Assembly: GCA_029007095.1 (NCBI GenBank) | Contig: JAQXHF010000050.1 | Span: 1,061-65,060 of the forward strand | Direction of reading: 5' to 3' | DNA length: 64,000 nt | Source: Clostridia bacterium | GTDB lineage: Bacteria; Bacillota; Clostridia; Oscillospirales; Acutalibacteraceae | Part shown: positions 8,309 to 16,626 of the stretch, in pieces | Layout: every line of letters starts with the position of its first letter | How positions within the stretch are numbered: the first letter of the stretch is position 1 | The notes under the pieces: generated by a model | Database searches by the model: none | Told to the model about the DNA's origin: nothing | What the model saw: the letters and a program-made list of their open reading frames with translations, nothing else | Position numbers and translations under genes: made by a program

Positions 8309-11300
8309 ATGTTAATGCAGATAATGAAAAAACAGAAAGGAATGATAAAATTGATGGCAAAAAACAAGGGATTTAAAAGATTGTTTAGCCTTATACTGTG
8401 CTGCATTATGATACTCGGCATAGTACCTGCGACTGCTTTTGCGGTTGAAAGCGACAGGACATTTACTGCCGACGAGCAGGAGCAATACGATAAGCAGATC
8501 GTTAAAAGCAGTAAGGACAAGCTTTCCAATGAGATAAAAGAAGACGGAAAGGTCGAGATAAACGAGCAAGTCTTCCCGACCGGTAAAGAGAATGAATTTG
8601 AAATTCAGCTTGATGTTACTACCGACCAGACCGAGCTTCCCGGTGAAGCGTCAGCAGACGCGGCTGTTTACATCATGGTTGACAAGTCGAGCAGTATGAA
8701 CGGTTACAGCCCGGCAGTTCTTGATTCGGAGGAATATAACGCCATACTGGAAAAAGAGAGCATACTCAAAGGCGTCGAATTGCCGATCGGTACTTATCCT
8801 TCAAACGGAGTTTTAACGGCGGTCAAAGAGATATTGGATTCGGTAGACGGTATGACTGATGAAATTCGTCAGGAGGTTTACAACTGCTATCACAGACGAG
8901 CATGGTTTGAGAGAAAGGCTGTTATAAACTTCCTTGATGCTTACACTATGGATATACCGGAGGGTACTCACAGATATTTTGCTCTCGGTTCTTTCCATAA
9001 AGATGCAAAAACCTCTGTTGCATGGGCAGAAGTCGACTCCGATTGGCGTAACAGCTCGATAGCCAATACTGTTTTGGATTATACAAAAGGAACGACTTTT
9101 GAACCGTGGAATTCCTATTTTGCAAATTGGGCATACAATGCCGGATCTTCCGTATATACTAACGGAAGCGGTACAAATATCGAGGGCGCATATATCCTTA
9201 TGGATAATATGATTGCCTCAATTCAAAAAGAACAAAATATACCGGAGGAGAATTTATATTGTTTCTTCATTTCCGACGGTGAGCCTACGGCTTATGCTAC
9301 CGATCCCTCATCAACGGCAATAGATAGAGTTAAAGGTACTTCTATGCCGAGCAACAATCATTTGTATGATGAGACAAGGCTTAATAATATAGCAAGCCGC
9401 GTTAGTGACGAAAGCTATCAGGTTAGCGTTATTTGGTACGGTAACGCCACTCTTGATAACTCAATATATAACCTTGAAAACGGACACACGCTTTACGCCG
9501 ATAATTTCTCCGATGTAGGTACAGAGGAAAAAATTTCAAACTTGGACATCAGTACCGAGTTCATAAGTAAGGCTAAAAAAATAACAAGGATTAACCCTTG
9601 GACGGTTGATTTGTCGCTTGATTCCGCCAGATTTAGTTATGACGGAGTATGCTCTGACAGCCCTTCGCCGGCAAGCACCGTAACTTTAAGCGACGATAAA
9701 ACCGAGCTTGAATGGAATTTGAAACAATGTACTCCGACAACGCTTGAAGACGGACGGAATTATTATCAGATCAATTATCTTGCAACGCTCGATAATACGA
9801 CCGAGGACTTTGTTGAGGAACAGGCGTATCGGACTAACAGCCGCGCGGTTCTGCATTATGCTGTAACCGAAAATGATATTGTAACAAATTTGCGAAATGC
9901 AGAGTTTGATTTGCCTGAGGTCAAAGGCTATCTCGGTGATGTTATTATTAACAAGACCGATGATTCCGGCGCGCCGCTTGAGGGTGCTGTATTCAAACTG
10001 AAAAATGATGAAATCGGCGCAAAAACCGCTGTTTCCGCTGCTGACGGAACGGTAAGCTTTACTTCAATACCGTCTGCGAGAACATATACTCTCAGCGAGG
10101 TATCCGCACCGTTTGGATTCCTTCCCGACACTACCGACCATTCGGTTGAGATAAGATACGGCGTTGTAACATTTGACGGAGTCGATGACTCCCTTACCGT
10201 TGTTAACAAGAGCAACGGAGATATTCAGAAGCTTTCACCGGATTCGGTTGTTATTGATTACGGTATACCCGTCAAAATCAGCGTAGTTGCAAACGACTAT
10301 GTAAAGGATACCGGCAATCTTAATGCGATTTCGGCTTCGGTTACTGACGGAACAGAGCTTAACAATACCGCATACAGCGAGAGCAGACTTGTTAATCCGT
10401 CCCAGACGGTTCAGCTTGTTCACGGTACGGCTCAGATTTCGGGAAATCAGATTATCTATCAGCTAAACGATATGACGATTAACAAGGAAGAAGTCCTTTA
10501 CTACGAATTCCTTGATTCCGACGGAAATTACTATTATACTACCGTTACCGTAATTCCTGCGACGAATATTTATTATGAAGATTCGTTCATAACTTTTAAA
10601 GATAACGGTGATTACAAGTGGGTTACCGAGGGTGAGCCGTACACCGGCAAATTCCAGGCGGAGGACAGACCAGGCACATTTAGCTTGTCCGAGTATGACG
10701 CTAACAATCCTTACGGAAGCGACAGCGCATACAATGACAGCTCCGTAACTTACAGTATGGGCAGCGTTAAGAGCGCGACGGTTGACGCCGGCTCGCTCGG
10801 TAAAGAGCCGACCGCAGAGTTCACTTTCTGCGGAACCGGATTCGATCTGTTCAGCGTGACGAATGCCGAATCGGGCGCAATGCTCGTCGCTGTCTATAAC
10901 GAGAGCGGAACTCGCGTTAAGAATTATGTCGTTCATACATATTACGGATACAGCTACGATGAGGAAGAGGGCAAATTCCTGCCCAATCTTGAATCAACAG
11001 ACGGTCTTTATCAGGTTCCCGTTATCCGTGCAAGAGATTTTGATTACGGAACCTACAAGGTTGTTATCACTCCGAAATACGGCAAGACTTTCGATATGAA
11101 TTACGACGAGAATGCGACCGATAATTCATACAAGCTTTATGTCGATTCGGTAAGAATATATGATCCCGCAGGAAAACAGCCTGATCCTAATTCGGTTGTA
11201 GGCGAAGCGTATATTCAGGATCACGAGTATTTCCCGCAGTATATGGAAATAAGAGATAATATTATTTCTGCTGAGACTTTTTATGATTCTACTGCGGAGC

Positions 11301-12475
11301 TTGACGAAACTCAGTACACAACCGGAGCTGTATTTATAGACGGTATTTCTTCGGTTGACGGTAACGGAATCAGCGACAAGTTCCTTGAAAGCGGACCTAA
11401 CAACGAGGTTTATCTTGCCAAAGGGCAGGCTATCGCGTTCCACCTTACTTCAAACCGTGCGATTGAGCCGGGCGGCAGTCTGGCTCTCGGAATGAAAGTC
11501 GTCGGCGGTGCTACGGACGGTAAGCTTATATGTATGAATTCTAATGAGCTTAGTCCGAACACAATTACTATATGCGGCGGCCACGAGATGTTCAGAAGTC
11601 TTGATTCCTGCGTTGAATGGGAACTTACAGACGGAACATATAAGACTAAGTATCCGATAATTCTTATTAACAGTTCCGACTGCATTATTTCTCTTACTAA
11701 CCTCAAATGGGCATATGCTACAACGGAAGATGAGGCTAATAACGGACTCACCCTTTCTGTAACAAGCTCAACTCCGAAATCGGCTCTGATGGCTGTTCGC
11801 AACTTCGCTCTTAGCGTGAATGAATTTACCCCCGAAAATGTTTCGGCAGAATGGGTAAGTGACAGCGTTTACAGATACGATTCCGCTACACTTAAAATTA
11901 CAACAGACAGCGATGTTGATAAAGTTATAGCGGACGGTAAGGAAATCACTAAGTTCACGACCGATGAAAACGGCTGTCGCGTATGGATATATAAAATTAC
12001 TGCATACAACTGCGGTGAGAAAAAGGTTTCACTTGTCTTTGAAAACAGTAACGGCGTTCAGTCCGCGGCGATTGAAAGTCCGGTGCTTACCGTAACCAAG
12101 ATTCCGATGTCCGAGAGTATCAAGAGCGTCGAGTGGGTTAAATCAAGCGTAAGCCTTAACAGTACTGCTGTGCTTAAAATAACAACAGGATTGAATGTTA
12201 CTTCGGTTAAAATTAACGGTGTTGATACTGCCGAATATGTTTGTATGTATCAGGACGGCACGGAGTACAGCTCGGGAACTAAGGTTTGGACTTACAGATT
12301 CACAGCGTCTGTAAGCGGAAGACAGGCGGTTACCGTTACCGCATATGACAGTGATAATGAATCAAGCGGCAATATCACATCTCCGGTTCTCACGGTTAAC
12401 AGTCGAAGCTCAAATAATTGGCTGACTGCAATATTTATGAAGATAGTCGCGTTTTTCGGAGGTCTGATGAAATGA
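8309..12475 (+). CDS. Large surface protein: signal peptide, vWA domain (MIDAS DKSSS at 8681-8695), CnaB/SpaA-type fold, Ig-like regions, two tandem ~95-aa repeats (about 11818-12100 and 12101-12404), C-terminal TM anchor
   Basis: AAVYIMVDKSSSM...GTNIEGA...FISDGEPT (vWA). GDVIINKTDDSGAPLEGAVFKLKN...TYTLSEVSAPFGF (CnaB). The tail NNWLTAIFMKIVAFFGGLMK is hydrophobic. No LPXTG motif. True start could be anywhere from 8309 to 8354. Confidence 0.85.
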   Translation: MLMQIMKKQKGMIKLMAKNKGFKRLFSLILCCIMILGIVPATAFAVESDRTFTADEQEQYDKQIVKSSKDKLSNEIKEDGKVEINEQVFPTGKENEFEIQLDVTTDQTELPGEASADAAVYIMVDKSSSMNGYSPAVLDSEEYNAILEKESILKGVELPIGTYPSNGVLTAVKEILDSVDGMTDEIRQEVYNCYHRRAWFERKAVINFLDAYTMDIPEGTHRYFALGSFHKDAKTSVAWAEVDSDWRNSSIANTVLDYTKGTTFEPWNSYFANWAYNAGSSVYTNGSGTNIEGAYILMDNMIASIQKEQNIPEENLYCFFISDGEPTAYATDPSSTAIDRVKGTSMPSNNHLYDETRLNNIASRVSDESYQVSVIWYGNATLDNSIYNLENGHTLYADNFSDVGTEEKISNLDISTEFISKAKKITRINPWTVDLSLDSARFSYDGVCSDSPSPASTVTLSDDKTELEWNLKQCTPTTLEDGRNYYQINYLATLDNTTEDFVEEQAYRTNSRAVLHYAVTENDIVTNLRNAEFDLPEVKGYLGDVIINKTDDSGAPLEGAVFKLKNDEIGAKTAVSAADGTVSFTSIPSARTYTLSEVSAPFGFLPDTTDHSVEIRYGVVTFDGVDDSLTVVNKSNGDIQKLSPDSVVIDYGIPVKISVVANDYVKDTGNLNAISASVTDGTELNNTAYSESRLVNPSQTVQLVHGTAQISGNQIIYQLNDMTINKEEVLYYEFLDSDGNYYYTTVTVIPATNIYYEDSFITFKDNGDYKWVTEGEPYTGKFQAEDRPGTFSLSEYDANNPYGSDSAYNDSSVTYSMGSVKSATVDAGSLGKEPTAEFTFCGTGFDLFSVTNAESGAMLVAVYNESGTRVKNYVVHTYYGYSYDEEEGKFLPNLESTDGLYQVPVIRARDFDYGTYKVVITPKYGKTFDMNYDENATDNSYKLYVDSVRIYDPAGKQPDPNSVVGEAYIQDHEYFPQYMEIRDNIISAETFYDSTAELDETQYTTGAVFIDGISSVDGNGISDKFLESGPNNEVYLAKGQAIAFHLTSNRAIEPGGSLALGMKVVGGATDGKLICMNSNELSPNTITICGGHEMFRSLDSCVEWELTDGTYKTKYPIILINSSDCIISLTNLKWAYATTEDEANNGLTLSVTSSTPKSALMAVRNFALSVNEFTPENVSAEWVSDSVYRYDSATLKITTDSDVDKVIADGKEITKFTTDENGCRVWIYKITAYNCGEKKVSLVFENSNGVQSAAIESPVLTVTKIPMSESIKSVEWVKSSVSLNSTAVLKITTGLNVTSVKINGVDTAEYVCMYQDGTEYSSGTKVWTYRFTASVSGRQAVTVTAYDSDNESSGNITSPVLTVNSRSSNNWLTAIFMKIVAFFGGLMK

Positions 12476-12711
12476 AAAAGAAATATATAAAACCTGAAAT
12501 AGGCTTTGAGAGTTTCAGACTTTCAACAGACATTGCCGCCGGCTGCGCTATGCTTGGTCAGCAGGCTCCGAATGCTTGCAAAATATACTATCCCGAATGG
12601 GGTATGACTTTGCTGACGGAGGAATTGTTATGCGACGCGACTCCGCCGAGCGGAACCGATTATGTTTGCTATCATGTTCCTGTTGCTGATACTAATGTTT
12701 TTGAATCATAA
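12472..12711 (+). CDS. 79-aa Cys-containing peptide, candidate RiPP precursor
   Basis: ATG 12472 overlaps the upstream TGA (ATGA). GGAGG lies 8 nt upstream of the ATG. Sequence: MKKKYIKPEIGFESFRLSTDIAAGCAMLGQQAPNACKIYYPEWGMTLLTEELLCDATPPSGTDYVCYHVPVADTNVFES. It has four Cys and a C-terminal Ser, and lies directly upstream of rSAM/SPASM and PqqD genes. Confidence 0.6.
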   Translation: MKKKYIKPEIGFESFRLSTDIAAGCAMLGQQAPNACKIYYPEWGMTLLTEELLCDATPPSGTDYVCYHVPVADTNVFES

Positions 12712-12756
12712 TTTAATTTGACGGAAGACAGGGAACTCTTTTCTTGCGTCAGAATA

Positions 12757-12792
12757 GGTCTGTCGCTTACTGCGGCAGACCTTGAGTTTTTT
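12757..12792 (+). terminator. Hairpin plus T-tract after the peptide gene (attenuator-like partial terminator)
   Basis: GGTCTGTCGC-ttac-TGCGGCAGACC with one mismatch, then ttgagTTTTTT. The RBS AGGAG of the next gene follows immediately. Confidence 0.5.
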
Positions 12793-12804
12793 CAGGAGTT
12801 TACG

Positions 12805-13509
12805 ATGAAGAAAAAGGTTATAATTATAATAATTGCAGTTGCTGTTTTGTGTGCGGCGGCTCTCGCTGTTGCCGTTTTTTTAAATGACGGCGAAAATGAA
12901 AACAATACCGATAGCGGCGTTGCGGCAAGTCAGCAGGATTTCGATTTGCCTTATGCACTTCCGAACGGCTGCGTGATTACCGAAATCAAATCATACAACG
13001 GACCTTTTGTAGAGGACGGAAGCGGCGAAGAGAAAACAAATGTGACGGCAATCGTTATAAAAAATGATACAGGCAAAAATTTTCAGTATATAGATTTTAA
13101 TTTAAAATTCGAGGGTGCGGATAAAGATTATAATTTCAAAATTACAACTCTTTTTGACAACAGTTCTATGACGGTACTTGAAAGCAATGCGGCTGATTTT
13201 ATATCGGATAAAATAACTCACGCCGATATTTCACAGAGCATTGAATTTGCTTCTCAGCCTACCGTTCATCCGCAGGAGCTTGAAATATCGGTTGGCGACG
13301 GAATGATGAATGTTAAAAATATTTCCGGTGAGGATATAAACGGAAATATTTATGTGTATTATAAGATTGCAGACGGTGACGATTGGTTCGGCGGAATCAC
13401 CTATCGCTCTGCGGTGAGCGGATTAAAGAACGGCGAGCTTAAACAAATTTCAACAAGTCACTTCAAAAGTGAAACCTGTAAGGTTGTGTTTACCGAATAT
13501 GATAAGTAG
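12805..13509 (+). CDS. Signal-anchored extracytoplasmic protein of unknown function
   Basis: RBS AGGAG then ATG 12805. MKKKVIIIIIAVAVLCAAALAVAVFL is an N-terminal TM segment, followed by a beta-rich soluble domain. Confidence 0.65.
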   Translation: MKKKVIIIIIAVAVLCAAALAVAVFLNDGENENNTDSGVAASQQDFDLPYALPNGCVITEIKSYNGPFVEDGSGEEKTNVTAIVIKNDTGKNFQYIDFNLKFEGADKDYNFKITTLFDNSSMTVLESNAADFISDKITHADISQSIEFASQPTVHPQELEISVGDGMMNVKNISGEDINGNIYVYYKIADGDDWFGGITYRSAVSGLKNGELKQISTSHFKSETCKVVFTEYDK

Positions 13510-14341
13510 CTTTTACTCAATAGCAGATGTGATTTTAAGGCTCGACAGCGACGGATTGATTAAAGCAAACGGAATGCTCAGAAAGTTTGCGGTAAGTCGG
13601 ACGAGCGCAGATGTAACCGTGCGAGTCTTTAATACAGGCAGTCTCCCCGAAAAAGGCGAAAAGCTTGTTTACGGTGACGGCAGACGCTCGTTTTATGACA
13701 ACAACGGAACTTATCAGATGTTTTGCTCGTATTTTGATTCTGCTTTGAATGATTATGTTCCGTATTCCTGCCTGATTGGTTCCGGCGCGGAATATGAGCT
13801 GTATATAAAATATAAAAACGGCGAAATTTGGGATACAATGCTTTTGGACGCACTCGATTTTCCGAATATACTGCTCGATTTCGGAGCTGTTATTATGCAT
13901 TGCTCGTTTATAATCAAGGACGGTAAAGCCATACTTTTTACCGCAGATAAGCAGGTCGGCAAATCTACGCAGGCGGCTCTTTGGGAAAAATATTCGGGCG
14001 CTGAGATAATCAACGGCGACCGTGCGGCCGTTAAGCTTAAAGGCGGCGAGCTTTATGCTTACGGAGTTCCTTACTGCGGTTCGTCGGATATAAGCGAAAA
14101 CAAATCTGCACGGATAGCGGCTGTTGTCGAACTGTCGCAGAGTAAAAATAATGCGATTTACAAGCTTGACGAGGCGGCCGCATTCCGCTGCGTCCTTGGT
14201 AAATTCAGTTATAACCTGAACGATATGGATAAAGCTGTTAAGGCGGCCGATATGGCGGCTTTGATTTCAAGAAGTAAAGTCTATCATTTATCTTGTCTGC
14301 CCGACGAGAGCGCAGTAAGATTATTGGAGGAAGAGCTTTGA
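13499..14341 (+). CDS. HPr kinase-like P-loop protein (HprK-related kinase family)
   Basis: HCSFIIKDGKAILFTADKQVGKSTQAALW..GAEIINGDRAAV parallels the HprK core HG.LV...G.GVLI.G.SG.GKS..AL.L...GH.L..DD. Start is uncertain: ATG 13499 or GTG 13469. Confidence 0.6.
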   Translation: MISSFYSIADVILRLDSDGLIKANGMLRKFAVSRTSADVTVRVFNTGSLPEKGEKLVYGDGRRSFYDNNGTYQMFCSYFDSALNDYVPYSCLIGSGAEYELYIKYKNGEIWDTMLLDALDFPNILLDFGAVIMHCSFIIKDGKAILFTADKQVGKSTQAALWEKYSGAEIINGDRAAVKLKGGELYAYGVPYCGSSDISENKSARIAAVVELSQSKNNAIYKLDEAAAFRCVLGKFSYNLNDMDKAVKAADMAALISRSKVYHLSCLPDESAVRLLEEEL

Positions 14342-14343
14342 AA

Positions 14344-15510
14344 ATGCTGAATGAACAGAAAAATAATTTTCGTTATGCTTCGTCAGAACCGGAAATTTCA
14401 TTTTTGCTCCATGAAAAAGGGCGAAGACTCGGCATACCGGTTTCTGGTACTTTTGAGCTTTGTTCACGATGCAATTTTAATTGCAAAATGTGCTATATTC
14501 ACAGAATGGGCGATACTGCGGAAAACGAGCTGACGGCTGAACAATGGCTCAAACTCGGAGAGAAGGCACGAGATGCCGGAACGGTTTTTCTGCTTCTTAC
14601 GGGAGGCGAACCGCTTATCAGATCCGATTTTAAGCAAATATATTCCGGACTTAAAAGTTTTGGCTTGGTTGTTTCGATAAATACAAACGGATTTCTTCTT
14701 TCCGGCGAGATGACGGAATTTTTTATAAAAAATCCTCCTTACAAACTGAATATAAGCCTTTACGGTTCAAACGACGATATCTACCAAAAGCTGTGCGGCG
14801 TTCCGGCGTATTCGGTTGTTATAGATAACATAAAGAAGCTGAAAGCTCACGGAATTCAGGTGAAGCTCAACATAAGTATTACTCCCGAAAACTGCGGTCA
14901 GATAAAGGAGATATATTCAATAGTAAAAGAATTAGGCATTAACGCTAAGGCTACAACCTATATGTATCCGCCGATTCGTACCGCCGGCGGCAAAACCGGC
15001 GAAAATTCCGGAAGATTATCTGCCGCCGAAGCTGCACAATACCGTGTTGAATGGGACGAATTGAGATATGGGAAGAAGCAGTTTATAAGCCGAATCGACG
15101 CTATGGAAAAAGGCTTGGCGGTTTATGAAAACGAATGTATAGAACCGAGCGAAGACGCAGACAGGATGCGTTGTCGGGCAGGAAGCAGTAGCTTCTGGAT
15201 AAATTACAGAGGTGAAATGAGCGCCTGCGGAGTAATGACCAACCAGGTCTTTAACACTATGGAGCTTGGCTTTGACGAAGCTTGGAAAAAAGTTCGCGAA
15301 AGTACCGCGTGCATACGACTTCCTAAGGAATGTACCGTATGTAAATATCGAAATTTTTGCAATGTTTGCGCTGCGGTTTGTTACAGCGAGAGCGGAAAAA
15401 CGGACAAAGTTCCCGATTATGTATGCGAGCTTTCCCGACTTACCGCGGTATATTCAAGCAAAAGAAAAACGGAACTTCTGAACGGAGATGATTTACAAAA
15501 TGAAGATTAA
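14344..15510 (+). CDS. Radical SAM/SPASM-domain peptide-modifying enzyme
   Basis: CNFNCKMC (CX3CX2C), GGEPL. C-terminal Cys-rich SPASM region CRAGSSSFWINYRGEMSACG...CTVCKYRNFCNVCAAVCY. ATG 14344 follows GGAGG. Confidence 0.85.
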   Translation: MLNEQKNNFRYASSEPEISFLLHEKGRRLGIPVSGTFELCSRCNFNCKMCYIHRMGDTAENELTAEQWLKLGEKARDAGTVFLLLTGGEPLIRSDFKQIYSGLKSFGLVVSINTNGFLLSGEMTEFFIKNPPYKLNISLYGSNDDIYQKLCGVPAYSVVIDNIKKLKAHGIQVKLNISITPENCGQIKEIYSIVKELGINAKATTYMYPPIRTAGGKTGENSGRLSAAEAAQYRVEWDELRYGKKQFISRIDAMEKGLAVYENECIEPSEDADRMRCRAGSSSFWINYRGEMSACGVMTNQVFNTMELGFDEAWKKVRESTACIRLPKECTVCKYRNFCNVCAAVCYSESGKTDKVPDYVCELSRLTAVYSSKRKTELLNGDDLQNED

Positions 15511-15766
15511 AAAAGAAGTTGTTTTCCGTTCCGTTGCAGGAGAGAATATGCTTATACCTGTCGGTGAAACGGTAGGGGAATACAACGGTATTTTTTCGAT
15601 GACTGAGGTAGGAGCCGAGATTTGGCAGGCTATCGAAAACGGCAGTAATGAAAAGCAGATTGTCGATTTGATTTCATCTGAGTATGAAATTGATTCCGAT
15701 ACGGCAAAAGCAGATGTGAAAAGTTTTATTGATAAACTTTGTGAATTCGGAATTGTTGAGAGATAA
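15500..15766 (+). CDS. PqqD-family protein (RRE-type peptide chaperone)
   Basis: ...GIFSMTEVGAEIWQAIENGSNEKQIVDLISSEYEIDSDTAKADVKSFIDKLCEFGIVE fits the PqqD pattern. The gene overlaps the end of the rSAM gene. Confidence 0.7.
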   Translation: MKIKKEVVFRSVAGENMLIPVGETVGEYNGIFSMTEVGAEIWQAIENGSNEKQIVDLISSEYEIDSDTAKADVKSFIDKLCEFGIVER

Positions 15767-15770
15767 AAAA

Positions 15771-15796
15771 TCCCGCTTGCATGTCAGCAGGCGGGA
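15771..15796. terminator. Bidirectional terminator between convergent genes
   Basis: TCCCGCTTGC-atgtca-GCAGGCGGGA, a 10-bp stem. An A-run precedes it, giving a T-run on the minus strand. The T-tract on the plus strand is weaker. Confidence 0.55.
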
Positions 15797-15816
15797 CTTT
15801 ATATTTGGTTTTGAAA

Positions 15817-16380
15817 TTAAACGATAAAACCTGTTTTGTCATTAAGCAAGTTTTTCATTTCTTCTTTTTTAGCGTCGTCAATTTTATCAACTTTATATTC
15901 TTCACCGAATACGGGACTGGACTGCATTAGTTCTTTTTTACTTTCAAAGTATTCGTCAAATGTTTTGATAACTCTGGCGGGATTGCCGACCGCAACGCTG
16001 TTGGAGGGAATATCTTTTGAAACAACGCTTCCTGCTCCGATTACAACCTTGTCGCCTATGGTTACTCCGGGCAGAACGGTTGTACCTGCGCCGATAAAAA
16101 CATCGTTGCCTATCGTTACTTTACCGAGCATTGTGTACCCCAATGTGTTTTTCAGGCTTGCATCGTGCGCTATTATATTTACACGCGGAGCCATGGTAAC
16201 CCGGTCGCCTATTGTTATAAGCCAGCAATGTCCCATATCAAAGGTGCAGTTTTCCATAATATGACAGTTTTCACCTATTGTCAGTCCTGTGTCCTTGAGG
16301 ATTTCAAGCTGAGGACGAGGATCAATGCCGAAAATTTTATTTTTGATTTTTAAAAGTAAATTACCGATGAAGTTACGCAT
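15817..16380 (-). CDS. Hexapeptide-repeat (LbH) acetyltransferase, maltose/galactoside O-acetyltransferase-like
   Basis: GDRVTMAPRVNIIAH...IGNDVFIGAGTTVLPGVTIGDKVVIGAGSVVSKDIPSNSVAVGNPARVI. Start set at ATG 16380. Confidence 0.75.
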   Translation of the reverse strand: MRNFIGNLLLKIKNKIFGIDPRPQLEILKDTGLTIGENCHIMENCTFDMGHCWLITIGDRVTMAPRVNIIAHDASLKNTLGYTMLGKVTIGNDVFIGAGTTVLPGVTIGDKVVIGAGSVVSKDIPSNSVAVGNPARVIKTFDEYFESKKELMQSSPVFGEEYKVDKIDDAKKEEMKNLLNDKTGFIV

Positions 16381-16538
16381 AAATATCCCTGCCAAAAAAC
16401 AATTACAACTGAAATTCTACAATATTAGTTGTTGTTTGTCAAGATACGCAAACAACTTGCATTTAGACAATAAAGGGAATGTAAAAAACTTTCGTTTTTT
16501 ACAGCGCTTTTTAAGGAAATAGGAAAAAAGATGAAGAA

Positions 16539-16626
16539 CGGACAAACTGAGCAAAATCAAGATTTTTGTCTTGATTTTGTCTGCCCGACGGCGTACAAAG
16601 GTACGCCGAGTGGCGAAGTTTGTTCG
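16539..16626. other. Structured intergenic element (three-helix junction) overlapping a 32-aa Cys-peptide ORF (16531-16629, +)
   Basis: Outer stem 16539-16548/16617-16626 (10 bp, one G-T). Hairpin AAAATCAAGA/TCTTGATTTT (16553-16578). Hairpin GGCGTAC/GTACGCC (16590-16607). Confidence 0.35.

Noticed and set aside
12418-12711. ORF-track start at 12418 for the peptide gene (97 aa)
   Set aside because: The first 18 codons lie inside the 3' end of the surface-protein gene with no RBS. ATG 12472 has a GGAGG 8 nt upstream and gives a typical MKKK N-terminus.
16486-16497. A third copy of the 139-bp repeat, suggested by the shared AAAAAACTTTCG at 16486
   Set aside because: Similarity ends after about 12-16 nt, which is compatible with chance in AT-rich intergenic DNA.
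16539-16626. Hammerhead or other small self-cleaving ribozyme as the identity of the three-helix element
   Set aside because: The junction strands (GAGC, GTCTGCCCGAC, GAGTGGCGA) do not contain the CUGAUGA...GAAA hammerhead core on either strand. I could recognise no other ribozyme core.
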